Part shown: positions 45,723 to 53,706 of the stretch, in pieces
Position numbering within the stretch: position 1 is the first letter of the stretch
Layout of the letters: each line of letters starts with the position of its first letter
Source of the DNA: a virus
Strand: one strand, 5' to 3'
DNA: 64,000 bases
Virus record (IMG/VR): IMGVR_UViG_3300018411_000639
Location: 32,001-96,000 of that record
The notes under the pieces: generated by a model
What the model was told of the DNA's origin: nothing
Databases searched by the model: none
Seen by the model: the letters and a program-made list of their open reading frames with translations, nothing else
Made by a program: the position numbers and the translations under genes

Positions 45723-46688
45723 TTAGTATTTGACTGTTATAGAGAATCCGTCGATCAGCGGAATAAGGAAGACAATCTTCCCGTTCGTGATCAGGTAATC
45801 ATTTCCATGCTCGAGCATCAAGCCATCAATGTAGACGACCGAGTTACTCGTAACACTTTCCGGAAGATAGTAAGTGTCCTCCGAAGACGTCACATCAAAC
45901 TCATGCTCTTTATAGGAGAGAGTTATCCGGTTCTCCAATTCCTGAAGTTTGTCTGTGATGTAAGGCAGGGTAATCAGGTTCGGAAGGTTAGCCGGCAATA
46001 GCTGCTCCAGATTCCCGACACGAGAGGACATTTCCTGAACAAAAGCCATCAGAGTTTCTGCTGTTGCGCTTTCCAGAATCCCTGCAGTCTTTACAAAATC
46101 AAGGGCTTCGATCTTGGCCAGACGAAAAGCCAACTCGTTCGTAATACCTGAGTTCGTCACAACCTGAAGGACTTCGCCACCTGAAGAACTTGACCGCAAT
46201 AACTGGCCAAGCCCGTCGTACTCGTACTCCTTCTGTCCGATCAAAAGTCCCTCGGTATCGTAGAAGGCTTCTTTTGTGATATTTCCTTGTCCATCGTAGG
46301 TGTAGTGGGTGTCATAATTCAGCTCACCACGAACCGTCTCCTTGGTTATGTCTCCGTTGGGATTGTATTCGTAGGTGCGAGCAACCGTCAACCTCTCCAA
46401 TACCTCGGTAGCACGGAACAGATCCATGTTCGTCAGTCGTTCATTCAGCGAAGCATTGAACCCTCTCGCGTCAGCAATCTCTTGCTCGAGCGCCTCTGTG
46501 GAAAGGGCCGCTCCGTCGATTGTTTCCTGTACGGCAGCTTGCACGGTAGCCATCCGGCCTTCCAGTTCGATGACTTTTCCTGCGTTCGCCTCCGTCTCGA
46601 CATGGAGACCTCGAATTTCTTCTCCGAGGTCTTTGTACTGAGGATCGGTAGCTTTGATGTACTTTAGCTTATTCGTTGTAGCGGGCAA
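45723..46688 (-). CDS. Fibre-associated protein with YD repeats
   Basis: 321 aa; coiled coil, three YxYD/N-x-x-G repeats, C-terminal repeat module. Confidence 0.65.
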   Translation of the reverse strand: MPATTNKLKYIKATDPQYKDLGEEIRGLHVETEANAGKVIELEGRMATVQAAVQETIDGAALSTEALEQEIADARGFNASLNERLTNMDLFRATEVLERLTVARTYEYNPNGDITKETVRGELNYDTHYTYDGQGNITKEAFYDTEGLLIGQKEYEYDGLGQLLRSSSSGGEVLQVVTNSGITNELAFRLAKIEALDFVKTAGILESATAETLMAFVQEMSSRVGNLEQLLPANLPNLITLPYITDKLQELENRITLSYKEHEFDVTSSEDTYYLPESVTSNSVVYIDGLMLEHGNDYLITNGKIVFLIPLIDGFSITVKY

Positions 46689-46698
46689 TTACGCTCAC

Positions 46699-46848
46699 CT
46701 ACCTCTCGCTCGATTTAACAGACTTTGTAGCCCTTTTCTGTTTGGGGGAGGTTGCTGCCTTCAAGGATTCATTCTCTTTCCTGAGGGCCTCGTTTTCTTT
46801 CTTGAGAGCGACTGACACGCTCTCTATGGTTTCGAACTTAAATCCCAT
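46699..46848 (-). CDS. Small basic coiled-coil protein (49 aa, not in the ORF track)
   Basis: GAGGTG RBS; MGFKFETIESVSVALKKENEALRKENESLKAATSPKQKRATKSVKSSER; fills the intergenic gap. Confidence 0.65.
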   Translation of the reverse strand: MGFKFETIESVSVALKKENEALRKENESLKAATSPKQKRATKSVKSSER

Positions 46849-46863
46849 ATCTTCTCACCTCTC

Positions 46864-49854
46864 TTATAGACTATACAGGAACGCCATAGCGCTTAGTGCT
46901 GCATCTGGAGACAGTAACTCTGCTTTCAGGATAAGCTCGGTGCTTTGGTTCCCGAATGTGTGCAGACTGTCTGCGTTAACCGGATCAAAGTCCTCTCCAC
47001 CATCGCCGTTATCGACGTAGAAACTTACATCGCCGATGGTCTGTGCCGTAAGGATGATGTGTTGGTACATCTCCAGCGTCAGCTCACGGAAAACCACGGC
47101 TCCCGGCTTGGACTTGTCAATCAATCGCATCAAGTGAAGGTTCCCGTCGTAGTAGACATTGTGGCTTCCGGTTGTATTAAATTCAGGCGGAGAGATATCC
47201 GATGCCGCCTTTCCGTCATCCAGAATGACCTGACCCTCTGTGACGAAAGTAGGAGTTTCGTAAATCTTCTTGAAATCGCCCAGGTTCTCGGACGTCATGA
47301 GTTTGATGTTGGTGACTTCGATACGTTCGCCGTTGGAACTGGAGAAGAAGATCACGCGGAACTTCAGTGCGTTGACCTCATCGAAAGTAAGGGCAATGTG
47401 ATTATTCCACACATTGTTGTCGTAAACGACATTGCTCACGATTGATCCCGTAAAGTCTGAGGGAATACCTTGCTCTCCTATCCGCAGATCTGTAACAGGT
47501 AACCACAGAGGGTTTGCGTAGGCGTCGTTGACTTTCGCTAACGGGTCGCTTGCATACTGCAAGGCAAAACTCTTGCCCGCCGTTCTTTGCTTCCCAAAGA
47601 ACAACAGTACCTTGTTTAGCGACTCAACTGTAGGCGTTGCAATCAGGAGAGACTTCGGTTGTGTCACGGTAGGCGCAACGTCGGAATGCCCGAAGGTGGC
47701 TGTGTTCGCGATTATGTTGGAGGCTCCTTGCCCGCCTGTTGACCACTCAATCGTCGTCCCTGCTACTTGGCCAAAAACATTCTTCGTCTTCGACATCACG
47801 ATGTTGTCGATATAGAGTTCCTGATCTACCAAGAGATTATCAAACCTCATCAGGATATTCTGGATACTTTCTGCGTTTGTCCCTCCTGGAATCGGCAGAT
47901 AGTGTCGATGCCAACGGTCGAGGGCTTCGTCATCGAAGTAGTCCAAATCGAACCCGCTCGCATCGCTCTTACCTAACTGCAAGGCACTCACGAGGTAAGC
48001 TGTATTGTCTAGGCTCACGATGTCCGTTGTTGCAATACTACCCAACCAGTCTTCGCCTTCAAGCCCTCTCCCCAGATTACTGTCAACGTGCCAACTGAAA
48101 GCAACACTGGTACCCGAGAGGAGATGCATTACTCTCCCGAAAGCCACAGTGAAGGTGATGACGTAACTGCCGAACGCATCAGGAGGGAACGTTATAGGTA
48201 TCCAGTCACTCGTTTGGACTGCCGTGGTCGGCGTACCCTCGTAGCCGTTCTTCCCGCCAAATGTAATCGGGACCGGCCTGTTGAACGCAGGATAAGCGGA
48301 ATCCACGGCACCTACTCCCGCAGATACGTTGTCTAGGTGCAAATGAAAGTTCTCAATCTTCACATACTCCCCGACAGGAAGGCTAATGGAGATCCTGAAG
48401 CGATCGTGTTCCGGTCTTACTGTCGGAGTCGCCTCACGGACACGTGTTCGAATCGTCCTCCCTGTCATGTCGATAGCTGTTGGCAGATTTGTTGCCCATT
48501 CTGAGAGGACGGAAGCCACGGCTTCGTTCGAGCGCATCAGAGCCATTTTGGCTTTTTGGTGGTTCTGGTTGGACTTCACATCAACCTTTAACGTGCCGTA
48601 ACTGGACATGTTTAATGGTGAGGCAAATTCTTTCCGGACAGTAGCGTGCACAGAACTGCGTTCGCTCCATAAGCGCAGGTTTACCAGATTACAGAATTGA
48701 GGCGTTCTGTTGATGACGACTTTGATGCCGGTGATGTTTGCGACAGCGCTGAACAAGAATACGTTGGTTGGGCGGGTGTTGTCTGTGATTGCGCCGTCAG
48801 ATGACACTTGACCATCTGTAGCGATGTTCAGTTCCTCACCTCTTAGCGTCTTCGGTTTGACCAGTGATTCGAATCGCTTCCAGCCCAGTCCGGTGTACTC
48901 TGTTACGAAAGTATCGGTTGTATAGAAGATCTCGTAGTCAGCAGGCACGTTCGCAGGGCTCTTATCCCAAACAAGGTCCAGTCTGTTCGTGTTGCCTTTG
49001 TTGTTGATGCCGATCACATAAGCGATGGCGTTGCTGTTCGGAATAGCCGTGCTGAGCGGAGATGAACCTGTCACGACTCGTTTGCCGATACCGGCAGCCA
49101 AGTCTCTTCGTCCAATGAAAGTCGAGCCACTGATAGGCCGACCTTTAAGGTTCAGCTTCAGGGATCCGTGACCGGATGTTTTGTCCGAGCCTTCGACTGT
49201 TATCTTCATGTTCTCCGGGTTCTGCCATTCCGTCAGGCTTTCGTTCTCGACAAGCAGGCGTTCCGCATCCCCTTCGGTACGGTAGATGACAGCCCCCTCG
49301 TTTCCTGCAGGGATATTCTTCAGCTTCAATTCAACCGAGTTGTTCGCGCCTGCGCCAGTTGTGATTGTTTCAGCGTTTGCGATGTTCGTCTCTCCGTACT
49401 TACTCTTGTACGTTACGCCATAGGAGTAGCGTTTATTGGGTTGGAGCGTGCCTAGTTCGGGCCCATTCGTGATGTTCGTCAGTTCCGGAACCGATCCTGA
49501 TCGCATTCCGTAGTCGATGGAACTGTCGTCGTCAAACTCCTCTTTGACGGATTTATCTAAGCCGTATTTTGTAGAGTTGACCAACATGCCTAGCTTCAGC
49601 AACTGAACGTCGCGCTCTTCGTTTGTGTAGATACCTTGCGGGCCGCCACCACCTCCCGTATGGAAGTGCAGGTGGTCAGCGTTCCCCATCTGCGTTAATG
49701 TGTTTCGTTGCGAAAGAGTTAGGTCCGCCTCGTTGCTGTGAGTCGGATGGTCTAGCACCATCTTGTCTTCGTTTAAGCGGAAGCTCGGATGCAAGTGTTT
49801 TTCTTCTACCTGCCCGTCACCGATACGATGTCCTTTTACTTTTGACGATACCAT
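46864..49854 (-). CDS. Large beta-rich structural / receptor-binding-like protein
   Basis: 996 aa; FN3-like YSYGVTYKSKYGET..IYRT; carbohydrate-binding-like LYIDNI and discoidin-like segments. Confidence 0.6.
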   Translation of the reverse strand: MVSSKVKGHRIGDGQVEEKHLHPSFRLNEDKMVLDHPTHSNEADLTLSQRNTLTQMGNADHLHFHTGGGGGPQGIYTNEERDVQLLKLGMLVNSTKYGLDKSVKEEFDDDSSIDYGMRSGSVPELTNITNGPELGTLQPNKRYSYGVTYKSKYGETNIANAETITTGAGANNSVELKLKNIPAGNEGAVIYRTEGDAERLLVENESLTEWQNPENMKITVEGSDKTSGHGSLKLNLKGRPISGSTFIGRRDLAAGIGKRVVTGSSPLSTAIPNSNAIAYVIGINNKGNTNRLDLVWDKSPANVPADYEIFYTTDTFVTEYTGLGWKRFESLVKPKTLRGEELNIATDGQVSSDGAITDNTRPTNVFLFSAVANITGIKVVINRTPQFCNLVNLRLWSERSSVHATVRKEFASPLNMSSYGTLKVDVKSNQNHQKAKMALMRSNEAVASVLSEWATNLPTAIDMTGRTIRTRVREATPTVRPEHDRFRISISLPVGEYVKIENFHLHLDNVSAGVGAVDSAYPAFNRPVPITFGGKNGYEGTPTTAVQTSDWIPITFPPDAFGSYVITFTVAFGRVMHLLSGTSVAFSWHVDSNLGRGLEGEDWLGSIATTDIVSLDNTAYLVSALQLGKSDASGFDLDYFDDEALDRWHRHYLPIPGGTNAESIQNILMRFDNLLVDQELYIDNIVMSKTKNVFGQVAGTTIEWSTGGQGASNIIANTATFGHSDVAPTVTQPKSLLIATPTVESLNKVLLFFGKQRTAGKSFALQYASDPLAKVNDAYANPLWLPVTDLRIGEQGIPSDFTGSIVSNVVYDNNVWNNHIALTFDEVNALKFRVIFFSSSNGERIEVTNIKLMTSENLGDFKKIYETPTFVTEGQVILDDGKAASDISPPEFNTTGSHNVYYDGNLHLMRLIDKSKPGAVVFRELTLEMYQHIILTAQTIGDVSFYVDNGDGGEDFDPVNADSLHTFGNQSTELILKAELLSPDAALSAMAFLYSL

Positions 49855-49859
49855 TTTAA

Positions 49860-50855
49860 TCAGTACCTCCTCTTACATATAGTCAGATTGCAGTTAGCGG
49901 GCATTGGTAACACCATTTGGATCTGATGTTCGCCTACTTCCAAAAAGTCTTCCCCGGCTTGAAGCAACAGCCCATCTTCGTAGACAACCAGTTCATCAAG
50001 CCCTGGTGTGTACGAGAAGACAGTGTCAACTGCCGTCTGGTCTGCCACACTCTTCATCCGGTAAATCCAGTCGTAAAGTCTGCCGGCATTTGTTCCGATG
50101 ACACGAAGTTTCGTTCCCGCAGGGAGAACTTCGTTCAAGAGAACACTGGTGCCATTTACCTCTGTGTAGTCGTTATCTGCTCCTGGCATAAGGAGCAAAG
50201 GTCCTTCATAAATCATAAGCGAGCCATCTCCTAAGCGATAAGGGTTCGGCAGAATAATCTCTTGTTGGTTCTCCTGCAGTTCAATAGTGGTTTCCCACGT
50301 GCTCATCGCCTGAATGGTGATGTCACCCGTTCCGATCTCACCCGTTCCGCTTCCGGCGCTAGCTAGACTGTTCAGCTTGGATGTCAGCGTAGTGAAGTCC
50401 CCTTTGGCGTTACTAATGTCTTCGTAAAGAATGTCGAGGTCTTTATGGCCTCTTACCCCTGCGTGACTGTTGATCTTGTCGTCAAGGCTTATCTGGATGG
50501 CATCCAGTGCCGCCTTTAAAGAGACCTCGTCCCCGACAGCTTCTCCGACAAGATCAACCAACTCGTCCACGGCAGTCTTGCTGGCTTTGCCTTTCAGTGT
50601 GTTCTGGAGAGTCAAGCCCTCTTCTCGCGCATTGGCGATTTCCATGATGGCGAGAACAACGTCTTTCAAGTCGAGTTCCTTCACTAGCTGCGGGTTCGTG
50701 TTCTTGATCAGATCCAACGTCGCTTTGTTCTCGTGGTTGTGTGTCCCGTGATTCAACTGAATATTTCTTTCCGGAATGCGGAGGTCATTACTTAGATGCT
50801 CCGTCTTGATGGACTTGTGCGCCAAGCGATTGCCACCCAATTTCGTTCTGGACAT
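49860..50855 (-). CDS. Structural protein with two repeat modules
   Basis: 331 aa; N-terminus similar to that of the 996-aa protein; two Y-x-x-G...L-x-V/I-Y...DY/F-x-E modules. Confidence 0.65.
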   Translation of the reverse strand: MSRTKLGGNRLAHKSIKTEHLSNDLRIPERNIQLNHGTHNHENKATLDLIKNTNPQLVKELDLKDVVLAIMEIANAREEGLTLQNTLKGKASKTAVDELVDLVGEAVGDEVSLKAALDAIQISLDDKINSHAGVRGHKDLDILYEDISNAKGDFTTLTSKLNSLASAGSGTGEIGTGDITIQAMSTWETTIELQENQQEIILPNPYRLGDGSLMIYEGPLLLMPGADNDYTEVNGTSVLLNEVLPAGTKLRVIGTNAGRLYDWIYRMKSVADQTAVDTVFSYTPGLDELVVYEDGLLLQAGEDFLEVGEHQIQMVLPMPANCNLTICKRRY

Positions 50856-50859
50856 TCCG

Positions 50860-52140
50860 TCACCTCCTCTTGTAAACTGTGATCCTTGAGCCGAATGGCG
50901 GCTCTTCCAAAAGTTGGATAACGCGGTTGCTTAGTTCTGCATAGTCTTCGTCTACCGTTAGTTGCAGTCCGTTTTCGTAGACGAGAATATCGTTTCTGCC
51001 GGTATAGAACACGTTCGTCAGATTGAAGACCGTCTGACCTTCCACACTGACGAATCGCTCATTCCAGTTAAGAAGAGCAGCGATACAAGTAACCTTGATT
51101 TGTTCCCCTTCTTCCAGAGGATAATTGAAGCGGATCTGCTTCTCGTCCACTTCCATGTAATCGAAGCCTTTCCCTAGCCACTGCACAAGGCCGCTTGCGC
51201 TAACCAGAAGCATATTGGCGCCGGGGATATAGGTTTCCGAAAGATCGAAGATGGTCTGACCTTCTGTCGCCACAAAGTCTAGCGACCAGGACTGTTGCTG
51301 ATAGTCGTGTCCGTGATAAAGGACTTGTCCGGCCGCCTGCACTCCTTCTTGTCGAAAGACGAACTTCGTTGCTGCGGGATAAGGGGCTCTCAGTAATCTG
51401 ACGCGATAAGCATCCAGTTCTTCGTAGTCATCTCCTTCGGTCAACCGCAAGCCATTTACAAAGACAGAGAGGGAGTGATCACCCCTCATGTATTTGTTCT
51501 GAACAATGAAATCGGTTTGACCATCCGAGCTGATAACTTCTTCATGAAGCGGAGAGAAGACAGTGTGCGTTGTTTCTGTCAAGAAAGACAGGTACACTTC
51601 CGGCTCCAGAGGATAGAGCATCCTCACGTGCGTATCTGATACTTCCGTGTAATCCAGATCAGGCGTCAAGAGTTCTCCATCACGGAATACGCGCAGGTGC
51701 TGATTGTCAGCCACAAATGTATGCAGGAGATGGAAGTCCACCTCTTCGCCTTCCGTCAGGAACTCTTCACGGAAACCGGAACGGTAAGCGAAGCTGATTG
51801 TCGCATCCCCTTCTGTCCCTTCCATTCCCTCCCCGCTAGCGCTCAACGCATCCTTTATCGCCTGTACGTCTGCAGCAATCTGAGTAATATCTCCGTCGAT
51901 AACGAGGATCTTTTCATCTGTGCTGCTGACGACTTCAGACAGGTCGTCCTGCGTAACCACCGAGAAACTCAAGTCCGAGGAAGGGATCCCTGTCATCGGT
52001 TTTGTATACTTCTCACTTAACGCTTCCTGTAGTCCTGTGATGGATTCAATAGGATGCTGATTAGCCAATCCTCTATTGAAGAGGAGATTATGATCGTTAT
52101 TGATGTTGGTATTGCCTTTTCGCACAATGCGGATTGCCAT
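50860..52140 (-). CDS. Structural protein with four repeat modules
   Basis: 426 aa; HNLLFNRGLANQHPIESITGL fibre motif; four GQTxF..Y..G...L.V..N/D/SGL..G.DY.E-type modules. Confidence 0.7.
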   Translation of the reverse strand: MAIRIVRKGNTNINNDHNLLFNRGLANQHPIESITGLQEALSEKYTKPMTGIPSSDLSFSVVTQDDLSEVVSSTDEKILVIDGDITQIAADVQAIKDALSASGEGMEGTEGDATISFAYRSGFREEFLTEGEEVDFHLLHTFVADNQHLRVFRDGELLTPDLDYTEVSDTHVRMLYPLEPEVYLSFLTETTHTVFSPLHEEVISSDGQTDFIVQNKYMRGDHSLSVFVNGLRLTEGDDYEELDAYRVRLLRAPYPAATKFVFRQEGVQAAGQVLYHGHDYQQQSWSLDFVATEGQTIFDLSETYIPGANMLLVSASGLVQWLGKGFDYMEVDEKQIRFNYPLEEGEQIKVTCIAALLNWNERFVSVEGQTVFNLTNVFYTGRNDILVYENGLQLTVDEDYAELSNRVIQLLEEPPFGSRITVYKRR

Positions 52141-52151
52141 AGCTTCTCCTC

Positions 52152-53243
52152 CTATTCGAGAATGATTTTAAATCGGTAACTGTCTGCGAAGGCCGGTCCG
52201 AACTGCGTGATGTCTCTGTCTATCTTAATCAGGAAATCGTAGCTGACATTAGGGAGCAAGTCAGGTAGTTCCAGTTTCGTCTGGTACGTCGGCGTGTCGC
52301 TCGCAAAGGCCAGCGTAACTTGATCGCCTCCGCGATAATAAGACACAGGCGCCACAGACAAAGCGATACCTCTAAGTGGTTCCGCTTCTCTGCTGATGAT
52401 GGTTACAGGAAGAACTGTTTCCTTGCCGGTAACCCTGCCGAGATCAAAGATATTGGCGTTAAGTACCGCTTGCTCTGCTATCAGGACTTCGACGTTGTAC
52501 GCGTAATCGTACACATCCCCTCCGCACAACGTAACGTCTTCAAGTCCACCAATCTCAATTCCGTCTGCACCCACAACCGACAATCTTGCGCTCGTCAGAG
52601 GGAGTAGTACTGTAGTCAGATCAACCAGTGCTTTCCCGTTGGAGTTCTTTACGGCGTCCTGATTCGCAAGGACATTTACGCCATTTTGGTCATAGATGCG
52701 AACGGTCGCATCGCTCGGAACGTTATTGACCGACAGTAGGTTAGATTTGTAGAAAGATACACCCAAGACTCGCAGCATATCTGAAACATAGGTCTGGACT
52801 CCATCAATGAAGAATCCGACTTCGTTCGCATCGTTCATTTCGGAATTACCTGCGTTCACCCAAGTCAGTCCGTCGCGCGAGATACAGAAAGTATGTACGC
52901 CCTTTTCTACGCACAGTTTGATGTAACGAAAGAGACTAAGCTCTTTCGCTCCTGTAAAGTAGTGTTGGCATTCAATCTGGTTCCCTGTATTCGACAAAAC
53001 CACAAGACCCGAAACGTCAGATAACGTCTCGGGGTTGTGGTAGATCTGGGCTTGCATGACATAATCGTGAGAAGGTGTCGGAATTGACATGGTGAGACGT
53101 TCTTCTCCATGCTCCAACCCAACATACCCCGCCTCAAAGACCACCCGACTGTAATCGTTGGGCGACAGGTTCCATAGCAAATTGCTGCTCGCAAAGTCAT
53201 CTTCGAACAGGTATCCACTGGAAACTTTCGTCAAAGTAGCCAT
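52152..53243 (-). CDS. Putative ConA-like lectin/glucanase-fold virion protein
   Basis: 363 aa; FEDDF..W..SGLVV..YIKL..SRDGLTW pattern. Confidence 0.5.
   Translation of the reverse strand: MATLTKVSSGYLFEDDFASSNLLWNLSPNDYSRVVFEAGYVGLEHGEERLTMSIPTPSHDYVMQAQIYHNPETLSDVSGLVVLSNTGNQIECQHYFTGAKELSLFRYIKLCVEKGVHTFCISRDGLTWVNAGNSEMNDANEVGFFIDGVQTYVSDMLRVLGVSFYKSNLLSVNNVPSDATVRIYDQNGVNVLANQDAVKNSNGKALVDLTTVLLPLTSARLSVVGADGIEIGGLEDVTLCGGDVYDYAYNVEVLIAEQAVLNANIFDLGRVTGKETVLPVTIISREAEPLRGIALSVAPVSYYRGGDQVTLAFASDTPTYQTKLELPDLLPNVSYDFLIKIDRDITQFGPAFADSYRFKIILE
53075..53090 (+). repeat. Dispersed motif copy GTGTCGGAATTGACAT
   Basis: 15/16 match; read as MSIPT. Confidence 0.85.
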
Positions 53244-53253
53244 GTTGCACTCC

Positions 53254-53688
53254 TTACTCTAGGCCAACAGTGATATCCATTGGAACGTTCTTGACAACTT
53301 TAACGTTCTCTTTCCCTAACGAACGGATCAACGGCTCTGCTGACTTCATTGCGGATTGTAGAGAAGCGTGGGAAGAACTAGAGAACCAGCACTCGCCTTT
53401 TGCACGAGCATATTTCTCTACGATGATATGGGAAGTCAGGGTACCGGATGTCTCTGCAATCAGAGAGTTGATTTCCTCTACTCCGTCAAACAGGAAGACC
53501 ATGTCGTATTTTGGATTGGATGCTTGTTGCTCAACGAGCATCTCAGCAGAATCGACCCCCGCCGTTTTTCCGTATGCGCGGATGAATTTCGAGTTGAAGT
53601 CGTAGACCGACGTTGCGGTATTGGATACCGGTTTCTTTGTTGTTGGGTGAATGTAACGGTAAAGCACGTTGTATTGTACTGATGCCAT
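53254..53688 (-). CDS. Hypothetical protein
   Basis: 144 aa; AGGAAAG RBS; tightly packed in the operon. Confidence 0.7.
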   Translation of the reverse strand: MASVQYNVLYRYIHPTTKKPVSNTATSVYDFNSKFIRAYGKTAGVDSAEMLVEQQASNPKYDMVFLFDGVEEINSLIAETSGTLTSHIIVEKYARAKGECWFSSSSHASLQSAMKSAEPLIRSLGKENVKVVKNVPMDITVGLE

Positions 53689-53706
53689 GAATGTTCACTT
53701 TCCTTC

